Made by a program: the position numbers and the translations under genes
NCBI GenBank assembly: GCA_964016885.1
Contig: CAXHJY010000004.1
Location: 1-24,558 of the forward strand
DNA from: Eledone cirrhosa
Taxonomy: Eukaryota
Length of the DNA stretch: 24,558 nucleotides
Direction of reading: 5' to 3'
The notes under the pieces: generated by a model
Database searches by the model: none
What the model was told of the DNA's origin: nothing
The model's input: the letters and a program-made list of their open reading frames with translations, nothing else
Shown: in pieces, positions 1 through 10,600 of the stretch
Layout of the letters: each line of letters opens with the position of its first letter
Numbering within the stretch: the first letter of the stretch is position 1

Positions 1-18
1 ATACATGCAAAAATATGT

Positions 19-206
<188 letters not shown>

Positions 207-428
207 TAATGAATAAACAAACAAGACGAATACATTTAAAGCAATATATTTGTCGTAAACATGTTTCAAAAGGTGAAAGATGAAAAATGTGTAATGGTGA
301 AATTATCAATAAATAGATATGTATCGATCTATTGTGATCTGTGCATTCGGTTAGATTTATCTTTAAATCTTGCATGATAAAAATATTTAGGGAATTTCAA
401 GATATTCATGACATAATAATATCTTATG

Positions 429-453
429 TATATATATATATATATATATCTAT

Positions 454-526
<73 letters not shown>

Positions 527-840
527 GAAAGGTATAGAAAACACTGCAGCGAAAAGCGAACAGCATTCCATAGTATATAAGTGACTATAGCGTCAAAATG
601 AGAAAAATAGTTAACGTAAGATGTGGGAAAAATAATTTAAACTCATCTTAAAGAGAATCAGGATATAAATTCATCCACAGAATTTAGTGACACAGGCATA
701 CATCTATATATATATATATACATACATACACACACACATACACACATATATATACACACACACATATATATATGTACATATACACACACACACACACATA
801 TATATGTCTAAACACCTAAAGATGCATGTGTGTGTATGTA
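429..840. repeat. (TA)n and mixed TA/CA microsatellite blocks (429-522 and about 700-840)
   Basis: Direct reading of dinucleotide runs separated by about 180 bp of AT-rich unique sequence. Confidence 0.9.
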
Positions 841-940
841 TGTTCTTTCTTGAACATGGCGGACCTTGTTGTCTCTTGAGGTCACTGTTTGTGACTTGGT
901 GATAACTCGTATGAACATAAAGCAAGAAAAATGCAACTGT

Positions 941-1134
941 AATAATAATAATTGTTTCTACTTTAGGCACAATGCCAGCAAATACCCAGTACATTACTGG
1001 TACTTTATTTTATCGACCCCGTAAGGATGAAAGGCAAAGTTAACCTCGGCGGGATTTGAACTCAGAATGGCAAGGGCCGTAACTCTATACGTCAAAGCAT
1101 GGCGTCCGACCCTCTCCCAATACTGCCAATCCAC
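941..1134 (-). mobile_element. tRNA-derived SINE family A, copy 1 (short-tail variant)
   Basis: Minus strand: A-box-like TGGCAGTATTGG, B-box GAGTTCAAATCC, body GCCTTTCATCCTTACGGGGTCGATAAAATAAAGTACCAG, tail GTAGAAACA(ATT)n; closely similar to 7 other copies in the window. Confidence 0.92.
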
Positions 1135-1399
1135 AATAATAATAATAATGTTTCTAGCGTGTGACAGAGAAGAGTAATACACAACCCTGACAAAGGGCAA
1201 TAACCCAGACATAATATTATAGTCGATTGATTCTCCCAGTCACAGCTACAACAAAAGGATGTCGATAGTCGTCTAAAACACATACGTAATGAGGCTGTTT
1301 GCATACAAACGAATCCATTATTATTATTTCATATAAAACTCAGTAATGAATGTGTCTTTAATGGACTTTTTTCTGTTTCCCCATTGTGATGCTGCCTCT

Positions 1400-1510
1400 A
1401 TTTTGTACTCCTGAAGAAGGACTTAAGCCCGACACGTCGAACTTTCTAACCTTTTTCCAATATAAAGCGTGAAACTAAGACCTTTTGTACCTCTGTTTGT
1501 TGTCTCCTTA
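1400..1510 (+). mobile_element. Possible Penelope-like element terminal relic with a degenerate minimal hammerhead ribozyme motif
   Basis: CTGAAGA (1411-1417), near-palindromic stem GGACTTAAGCCC, then GACACGTC where an intact motif reads GAAACGTC. Matches the minimal type I hammerhead layout known from Penelope-like elements, with one core substitution and a poor stem I. Confidence 0.4.
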
Positions 1511-1538
1511 CAACATATACATACATATATATATATGT

Positions 1539-1588
<50 letters not shown>

Positions 1589-1593
<5 letters not shown>

Positions 1594-1705
1594 AAAACGT
1601 ATGACCCCCGACGGCAGAGCTCAAGCCGTTTCGACGGCTATTTCTGTACAGAAATAGACGTCGAAACAGCTTCATCTCTGCCGTCGGGGTGATACTTTTT
1701 CCTAT
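1589..1705. repeat. About 117-bp spacerless imperfect palindrome
   Basis: Centre CTGT|ACAG at 1647/1648; arms ATAGGAAAA.GTAT.ACCCC(C)GACGGCAGAG...AAGC.GTTTCGACG.CTATTTCTGT pair with a handful of mismatches and one indel. Confidence 0.93.
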
Positions 1706-1781
1706 TTCCCTCTCTACTACCCTAAGTATTGAGTACTCTGGTGCGTTATGGTCCATCTGGTTCCTTACCACAATTCATTTG

Positions 1782-1838
<57 letters not shown>

Positions 1839-2164
1839 GAGAAGAAAGAAGAATACTGCGTGGTTGCACATGGGTTACATATGATAAAATTAGTCCTTCG
1901 TCAGTGATTTGCCAACCATCATTGATATTTCGTCGCATTAAATGTATATATATATAAATGAAAGTGTGGTAAAATCGAAGCTTCGGCTGTAGCCATGCCA
2001 ACGAGATAGAATGAGGAATGAGCTGCCAAGCACTCGATGAGGAGTCTCAGAGTAACAACAGTCGTTAGACCGCATGACAAATTTAAAACTGAGGTAGGCA
2101 GACCCAGCCACGAGACCGAAGCAACAAGAAAACCAACAAGTTAATAAAAAGCAAACCTGGACCG

Positions 2165-2167
<3 letters not shown>

Positions 2168-2245
<78 letters not shown>
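2168..2245. repeat. (TA)n microsatellite
   Basis: Pure TA run. Confidence 0.97.
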
Positions 2246-2248
<3 letters not shown>

Positions 2249-2514
2249 TATTAATTATACTATTTATGGTTATGCAAATACAAAAACCTCTTGCAGTTAT
2301 ATATATTTTTATAAACCCTAAACAGTGGTAGGCAGTAATATATTACTACATAATTAGTATAATTATAATTATAATTACTTATAATTCATATAATTCATAT
2401 ATATATATTTATATATATAAAGGAACGATCGACTTTCGTCAAATCGGACCGAGGGAACAATGTTTCCGTTGGTCTTTCCAATTGCTAATACTATCTATCG
2501 GTCGCAACTCCAGG

Positions 2515-2560
2515 TAGAAGGAGCAACGTGAAATAAAGTGTCTTGCCCAAGGACATAACA
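2515..2560 (-). mobile_element. Short fragment of a CORE-like SINE central region
   Basis: Minus strand TGTCCTTGGGCAAGACACTTTATTTCACGTTGCTCC shares CTTGGGCAAG with the element at 3452-3745 and resembles the CORE motif. Confidence 0.55.
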
Positions 2561-2583
2561 TATATATATATATATATATATAT

Positions 2584-2617
<34 letters not shown>

Positions 2618-2818
2618 GTATATATCTATGTGTTTACTTATATATGTATATATAGAGATGTGTATATATGCATATAAAATATATGTATATATGTATATAT
2701 CGATATGTATATATATATGTATATATAGGTATATATATCTATAAAATATATTTATATATATATGTATATATAGATATGTATATATACAATATATACATAT
2801 ATATATATATATATATAC

Positions 2819-2861
<43 letters not shown>

Positions 2862-2870
2862 ATATATATA
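2561..2870. repeat. Degenerate (TA)n microsatellite block
   Basis: Direct reading. Confidence 0.93.
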
Positions 2871-3198
2871 AAGTGACAGTCGATTTGCCGATATAATCCA
2901 GGAAAAATCGAAACATTTTTATGATAGTCAGAGGTGATTCATTCAAACTAGCGACTATGTATGAGAATTAATCATCTCTGTCACCTCCCACCCCACCTCT
3001 ACCACTCTACACACACACACACACACATATATACACATAAATACCTATATACATACATATACTAATACATACATATGTATACATTTTCCCCGAGATGCAT
3101 CATCGATATACAATATAGTGGGTCGTCAAGAATGAAACTTGTAGCGCGGCCTTAACAAACTTACGACCCAATATGCGATCGTTATTTTGTTTGTGTTT

Positions 3199-3390
3199 AA
3201 TAATTGTTTCTACTTTAGGCACAAGGCCAGCAATTACCTCAGCATATTACTGGTACTTTATTTTATCGACCCCGTAAGGATGAAAGGCAAAGTCAACCTC
3301 GGCGGGATTTGAACTCAGATCGTAAAGGGACGCAACTATGCTGGAAAGCATGACGTCCGACCCTCTACCGATACTGCCAATCCACCGCCC
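3199..3390 (-). mobile_element. SINE family A, copy 2 (full length, with target-site duplication)
   Basis: Same A-box, B-box and body as copy 1; flanked by TTATTTTG(T/GG)TTGTGTTTAATAAT at 3182-3204 and 3391-3414. Confidence 0.94.
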
Positions 3391-3451
3391 TTATTTTGGG
3401 TTGTGTTTAATAATGTGTGACATGAAGACGAGAGAATATAACGATAAGGAA

Positions 3452-3745
3452 TGGATCTCCGTCGGTCTCGACAATGAATGTTACCGTTGTCAGGTCAATT
3501 TTACAGACTGCTCGCGAAATTTGCATGTAAGTGGGAAAAACCATGCCACAGACACGAGTACACTTAATGTTAAGTCCATCCATCCGACGGGGGAGGGGGG
3601 CTCTTGCAAACAATTTCTCACAAGGTATCGGTTGACCAGAGGTTATGGTTGGTAAATAACACTTGCCCAAGATACCATGCAGTGGGATCGAACCCTATAC
3701 CTAATGATTGCCAAAAGAACCACTTAGCTATTCAGCAATTCCGCG
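3452..3745 (-). mobile_element. tRNA-derived SINE family B (CORE-like), diverged copy
   Basis: Minus strand A-box TAGCTAAGTGG (3730-3720), B-box GGTTCGATCCC (3694-3684), then CTTGGGCAAGTGTT; its 3' region recurs at 9935-10015. Confidence 0.72.
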
Positions 3746-3750
3746 TACAC

Positions 3751-3938
3751 AAAATAACTGTTTCTACTTTAGGCACAAGGCCAGCAATTACCCAGTGCAT
3801 TACTGGTACTTCATTTTATCGACCCCGTAGGGATGAAAGGCAAAGTCAACCTCGGCGGGATTTGAACTCAGATCGTAAAGGGACGTAACTATGCTGGAAA
3901 GCAAGGCGTCCGACCCTCTACCGATACTGCCAATCCAC
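3751..3938 (-). mobile_element. SINE family A, copy 3 (short-tail variant) inserted at the 3' end of copy 4
   Basis: Full body; CACAAAATAAC duplicated at 3748-3758 and 3936-3946. Confidence 0.93.
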
Positions 3939-4162
3939 AAAATAACGGTTTCTTATATAGGCACAAAGCCATACATTTTGGGGAAGGGGAAAGTCGATTA
4001 AATCGACCCCAGTGCGTGACTGGTACTTTATTTTATCGACCCCGCAAGGATGAAAGGCAAAGATAACCTCAGCGGGATTTGAACTCAGACCGTAAAGAGC
4101 CGTAACTCTATGCTGCAAAGCATGGCGTCCGACGCTCTACCGATACTGCCACTCCACCGCCC
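3939..4162 (-). mobile_element. SINE family A, copy 4 (long-tail variant)
   Basis: Same head and body, but the 3' part carries GGGGTCGATTTAATCGACTTTCCCCTTCCCCAAAA; outer duplication GC(G/A)TACACAAAA(A)TAAC at 3743-3758 and 4165-4181. Confidence 0.93.
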
Positions 4163-4564
4163 TGGCATACACAAAAATAACGACAGCAATGACCACATTA
4201 ATGGTAATGGCGACGGATGCAGGGGTGATGATCTTTATAACAACGAGGAAGACATAATGATTATAATGATAATGGTGATGCTGATAATGATGTCAATGTT
4301 GTAGGCTTTACAGCAGACGATATCTCCTGCATGGCTGGCGTTAATGCAGGAAATTGGAAGAAGAAGGAAAAATATTGTATCCAATAAATAGCCTATTCAA
4401 CTGTTGACCAAATGTGTTGTAGGAAGGTGTAGCCGAACGGTGTAAACAGGTTTTTCTACCATTAAAATATGTGTCTGCAGGAACCTGAAAACAAAGGCAG
4501 ATTGATATTTTTTTTATTATTACCAACGATCAATTTTTTGTTAAACCGTCATACATACATACCC

Positions 4565-4697
<133 letters not shown>

Positions 4698-4829
4698 TAC
4701 ATACAATCATACATGCATGCATTTGTACATGGATGCATGTAAGTAAACATCTATATATGAGTGTGTGTGTATATATATATATATATATGATGGCTGCAAA
4801 CTCTGCTAAGAGTATTGCAATCGCTTGTC

Positions 4830-5312
4830 GGATAATAGAGTTTGGTGCACCTTTAGGCTACGGCCAGTCACACGAACCTGTAACAGATCCTGAATAAGCA
4901 ATGCCTGCGCTTTGAAGGTTTTTTTAAGTGGGGAAAGGCCTTGCACTCGACCAATCCCACTCTCTAAGCATCGAAAGCACTACCCGAAAAGGAGAATTGG
5001 TCAACATCATTGGACGGTTCCGAATCCGAAGGTTTTTTTCCAGAGTTTTCCTCTCTTAGAAAGGTGTTGGACAACAACTGGGGGCTTTTCACTCCCAGGT
5101 GAAAAAAAAAAAAAAAAACTATTTGGATGGCCGTTGACTCTGCTGAGCTCCTCCGCCCTTTGCTGGGTCTTGTATTTCATCCCGCAGGGTGTCCAAATAT
5201 CACCCTCCTCACCAAGCAAGCTTGGTCGGGTTGTCGGTTTAGTCGCCGACAACCCGACCATGAGACAGGTTGTACTGGGTTACATGTTACCAGAAGCACT
5301 CAAGAGCGACCT
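4830..5312 (-). mobile_element. Probable retroelement-derived structured segment resembling an RTE-type 5' UTR or non-autonomous derivative
   Basis: GC-richer than its flanks; minus-strand motifs GGTGAGGAGGG and CTAAGAGAGGAAAACTCTG recall RTE-clade 5' UTRs (from memory); perfect 15-bp stem-loop at 5223-5260. Left boundary uncertain. Confidence 0.45.
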
Positions 5313-5349
5313 GATATATATATTCATATACATACCTGCGTACATACAG

Positions 5350-5818
5350 ACATCCGCACTACCCAGAAGACACGACCCCCGTGCCCTGTATGGCATAGCT
5401 GTCCCTGGCCCTGATTTGCTGCCTCCTACCGTATACTTCTACTTGCCAGAGAGGCCACATTGATCTATGACCTGCAGACCTTTTCCCGCCGTCAAGATGA
5501 CCTCCATTGCCAAAACAAACATTATAGATGAGATTGCACAGCCCATTGCTATGCCTACCTCCAAATTGATCCGAATTGTTGAGTACTCTTTGGTGGAGAA
5601 CCGCATGAAGAAACCGTGAAAATACATCTTTAATGTTCTTTGGAATATGGTAGATCTCGAGAGCTAGCTGTATCATCTTGTGTTGGACTGGGCCGTAAAT
5701 ATTCTCCAGATCAAACCATACCACATCAAAATCTTTCTTTTCAGCTTTAGCTCTTTGGATTGCTTCCAAAATCATTGAAACATGTTTTGCACAACCAGAC
5801 ACTCTAGTGATCCCACCC
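5350..5818 (-). mobile_element. Decayed reverse-transcriptase fragment of an RLE-type non-LTR retrotransposon (HERO-like)
   Basis: GGITRVSGCAKHVSMILEAIQRAKAEKKDFDVVWFDLENIYGPVQHKMIQLALEIYHIP, frameshift, then INLEVGIAMGCAISSIMFVLAMEVIL joined directly to IDQCGLSGK. These match the HERO-type motifs GCLEH, WLDLANAYG, GCTIS and IDKSGLPGK; the catalytic DD motif region is missing. The 5350-5435 extension is less certain. Confidence 0.8.
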
Positions 5819-5819
5819 G

Positions 5820-6219
5820 TGATGACTGACAACCTGGTGCAGTCTGCGACTAACCCAGGTACTGCTGCACGTCGGGCTGAGGAGGCCAAACTCTCCAAGT
5901 ACCGGTCCCTTTCCGACAGGTTCGCGGTCGTGCCCTTGGCAGTGGAGACTTCTGGTGTCCCCGGCCCTAGGATTACCTCCCTATTCACCACCATAGGTGC
6001 TGAACTGGCCAGCCGCAGGTGTCAGCCTCGGTAGTTGGAATGGCTTTTACAGCGCATCTCCCTTACCATCCTCCGGGGAAACTCCTCCTTCTCCATCCTG
6101 TCCGCCAGGGCTGTGGGGAGGCCAGCACGCGGGACCCCATTTGCTCACCCATACGGATGAATAGGCAAAGTTATAAACTATTGTAAATAAATATTCTATG
6201 ATCATATATAAAAAAAAAA
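5820..6219 (+). mobile_element. 5'-truncated 3' end of a CRE-like non-LTR retrotransposon (restriction-like endonuclease C-terminus, 3' UTR, poly(A))
   Basis: GTAARRAEEAKLSKYRSLSDRFAVVPLAVETSGVPG...QPR*LEWLLQRISLTILRGNS matches the AE..K..KY, P.AVET.G..G and QR.S....RGN signature. One premature TAG (6032-6034), same-frame stop 6158-6160, AATAAA 6186-6191, A10 at 6210-6219. Confidence 0.8.
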
Positions 6220-6222
6220 GAA

Positions 6223-7437
6223 TGTATGTATCATCACAATGTTATCCTCTATCTGACCAGGAGTGACTAATCAATACAACTACTCTGTATGTATAAGAGC
6301 TATCATCACAATGTCATCATCTATCTGACCAGGAGTGACTAATCAATACAACTACTCTGTATGTATAAGAGCTATCATCACAATGTTATCCTCTGTCTAA
6401 CCAGGAGTAACTAATCAATACAACTACTCTGTATGTATAAGAGCTATCATCACAATGTTATCCTCTATCTGACCAGGAGTGACTAATCAATACAACTACT
6501 CTGTATGTATAAGAGCTATCATCACAATGTTATCCTCTATCTAACCAGGAGTGACTAATCAATACGACTACTCTGTATGTATAAGAGCTATCATCACAAT
6601 GTTATCATCTATCTGACCAGGAGTGACTAATCAATACGACTACTCTGTATGTATAAGAGCTATCATCACAATGTTATCCTCTGTCTAACCAGGAGTAACT
6701 AATCAATACAACTACTCTGTATGTATAAGAGCTATCATCACAATATTATCCTCTATCTGACCAGGAGTGACTAATCAATACCACTACTCTGTATGTATAA
6801 GAGCTATCATCACAATGTTATCCTCTATCTGACCAGGAGTGACTAATCAATACAAATACTCTGTATGTATAAGAGCTATCATCACAATGTTATCCTCTAT
6901 CTAACCAGGAGTGACTAATCAATACAACTACTCTGTATGTATAAGAGCTATCATCACAATGTTATCATCTATCTGACCAGGAGTGACTAATCAATACCAC
7001 TACTCTGTATGTATAAGAGCTATCATCACAATGTTATCCTCTATCTGACCAGGAGTGACTAATCAATACAACTACTCTGTATGTATAAGAGCTATCATCA
7101 CAATGTTATCCTCTATCTGACCAGGAGTGACTAATCAATACAACTACTCTGTATGTATAAGAGCTATCATCACAATGTTATCCTCTATCTGACCAGGAGT
7201 GACTAATCAATACAACTACTCTGTATGTATAAGAGCTATCATCACAATGTTATCCTCTATCTGACCAGGAGTGACTAATCAATACCACTACTCTGTATGT
7301 ATAAGAGCTATCATCACAATGTTATCCTCTATCTGACCAGGAGTGACTAATCAATACAACTACTCTGTATGTATAAGAGCTATCATCACAATGTTATCCT
7401 CTATCTGACCAGGAGTGACTAATCAATACAAATACTA
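6223..7437. repeat. 72-bp tandem minisatellite, 16 full units plus 1 partial
   Basis: Unit TATCATCACAATGTTATCCTCTATCTGACCAGGAGTGACTAATCAATACAACTACTCTGTATGTATAAGAGC starts at 6229, 6301 ... 7381 with no indels; stops in all six frames; no spacers. Confidence 0.97.
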
Positions 7438-7508
7438 ATAAAGCCAGTTTATTGTTATCAGTAGATAAAGTAACATTCCCTTCTACATGTAAGAGGACAC
7501 AAGAGACT

Positions 7509-8580
7509 GGTGTGTGTGTTGTGAGGTGTGTGGTGTGTGGTGTGTGTTGTGAGGTGTGTGGTGTGTCAGTGTGTGTTGTGAGGTGTGTGGTGTGTGTTGT
7601 GTGGTGTGTGGTGTGTGGTGTGTCAGTGTGTGTTGTGAGGTGTGTGGTGTGTCAGTGTGTGTTGTGAGGTGTGTGGTGTGTGGTGTGTGTTGTGAGGTGT
7701 GTGGTGTGTCAGTGTGTGTTGTGAGGTGTGTGGTGTGTGTTGTGTGGTGTGTGGTGTGTGGTGTGTCAGTGTGTGTTGTGAGGTGTGTGGTGTGTCAGTG
7801 TGTGTTGTGAGGTGTGTGGTGTGTGGTGTGTGTTGTGAGGTGTGTGGTGTGTCAGTGTGTGTTGTGAGGTGTGTGGTGTGTGTTGTGTGGTGTGTGGTGT
7901 GTGGTGTGTCAGTGTGCGTTGTGTGGTGTGTGTGTGGTGTGTGGTGTGTGGTGTATGCTGTGTGGTGTGTCAGTGTGTGTTGTGAGGTGTGTGGTGTGTG
8001 TTGTGTGGTGTGTGGTGTGTGGTGTGTCAGTGTGTGTTGTGAGGTGTGTGGTGTGTCAGTGTGTGTTGTGAGGTGTGTGGTGTGTGTTGTGAGGTGTGTG
8101 GTGTGTGGTGTGTGGTGTGTGGTGTGTCAGTGTGCGTTGTGTGGTGTGTGTGTGGTGTGTGGTGTGTGGTGTATGCTGTGTGGTGTGTCAGTGTGTGTTG
8201 TGAGGTGTGTGGTATGTGGTGTGTGGTGTGTGGTGTGTCAGTGTGCGTTGTGTGGTGTGTGTGTTGTGAGGTGTGTGGTGTGTGTTGTGTGGTGTGTGGT
8301 GTGTGGTGTATGCTGTGTGGTTTGTGGTGTGTCAGTGTGTGTTGTGTGGTGTGTGGTGTGTCAGTGTGTGTTGTGTGGTGTGTGTGTGTGTTGTGAGGTG
8401 TGTCAGTGTGTGTGGTGTGTAGTGTGTGTTGTGAGTTGTGTCAGTGTGTGGTGTGTGTGTGTGATGTATGTGTGTGTGTGTTGCGTGTCTCTGGTGTGTG
8501 TGTTGTGAGGTGTGTGAGTGTGGTGTGTATGTGTGTTTTGTATGTGTGTGTCTATGAAATAGGTGTGTGTGTGTGTGTAA
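7509..8580. repeat. GT-rich compound minisatellite (GTGTGTG 7-mers plus GTGTCAGTGTGTGTTGTGAGGTGTGTG 27-mers)
   Basis: Direct reading; a 143-bp higher-order period is visible (7556 vs 7699); degenerates after about 8400. Confidence 0.93.
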
Positions 8581-8765
8581 GTATCAAATGTACAAGATCG
8601 AATGACCCCCCCCTCCATATTTTGTCAAGATCCTGTTGACGTCACCACCGGTGTGTGTGTGTGTATGTTTGTGGTGTGTATATGTTGTGTGTAGTATGCG
8701 TGTATATGTGTGCGCGTTTGTGTGTGTATTAAACCTGACAAGGTGGACGTGTGTGTTTGTATATG

Positions 8766-9934
<1,169 letters not shown>

Positions 9935-9935
<1 letters not shown>

Positions 9936-10015
9936 GCCCTCCGTCGGTTACGAAGACGATTATTCTTGGTGAAACTATCAACAGCCTACTTGTGTAATTA
10001 ACTTGTAAGTGGCTG
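9935..10015 (-). mobile_element. 3' fragment of SINE family B
   Basis: CTCCGTCGGTTACGAAGACGA and ACAGCCTACTTGTGTAATTAACTTGTAAGTGG align to CTCCGTCGGTCTCGACAATGA and ACAGACTGCTCGCGAAATTTGCATGTAAGTGG in 3457-3533. Confidence 0.65.
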
Positions 10016-10139
10016 AAATTACCGCGCATGCGTGTGTGAGGCATTTACATGTGTGCGTGCGCATCTATGTGTGTGTTTGTGTGTGTGTGTATGTCCCTCT
10101 CTCAATGTGGGTGTTTGGTGTGTGGTGTATGTGTGTCAA

Positions 10140-10373
10140 TATTAGGTGTGTGTGTTGTTGTTGTTGTTGTGTGCTTGTGTGTGTATGTGTTTGTGAACGT
10201 GATGTGTGTGTGTGTGTGAGTGTGTGTGTGTGTATAAGTATGTGCAAAGCTGTGTTGTGTGTTTGTGTGTGTAGGTCTTTGTGAACGTGAGGTGCGTGTG
10301 TGTTTGTGTGTGTGTATGTGTGTATGTGCTAAGCTGTGTTGTGTGTTTTTGTGTGTATGTTTTTGTGAACGTG

Positions 10374-10407
<34 letters not shown>

Positions 10408-10526
10408 GTATGTGCAAAGCTGTGTTGTGTGCTTGTGTGTGTATGTCTTTGTGAACGTGAGGTATGTGTGTGTAAGTATGTGCAAAGCTGTGTTGTGTAC
10501 TTGTGTGTGTATGTCTTGTGAACGTG

Positions 10527-10564
<38 letters not shown>

Positions 10565-10600
10565 GTGCATGTGAATGAGTGTATGTAAGTATGTGTAAGA
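10140..10600. repeat. Compound minisatellite of about 5 units (67-88 bp), each with an embedded variable (GT)n
   Basis: GTGAACGTGA recurs at about 10193, 10281, 10365, 10451 and 10518, with AAGCTGTGTTGTGT in between. Confidence 0.85.

Noticed and set aside
2929-2980. CAGAGGTGATT / AATCATCTCTG inverted repeat
   Set aside because: Only 11 bp with a mismatch and a long loop; expected by chance.
4912-5463. 183-aa plus-strand ORF
   Set aside because: Non-ATG start, crosses a poly(A) run and a TA repeat, is antisense to retroelement-like sequence, and has no recognisable domain.
5359-5994. 211-aa minus-strand ORF as a single gene
   Set aside because: Chimeric: its N-terminus is the antisense of the CRE-like fragment, the middle is HERO-like RT, and the rest is out of frame.
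6223-7437. 72-bp array as a CRISPR array, coding repeat or tandem hammerhead
   Set aside because: No unique spacers, no cas genes, eukaryotic context; stops in all six frames; CTGACCAG does not fit CUGANGA and there is no GAAA.
7452-8639. Cys/Val-rich ORFs as metallothionein- or keratin-like proteins
   Set aside because: Products of a GT minisatellite whose 7- and 143-bp periods shift frame.
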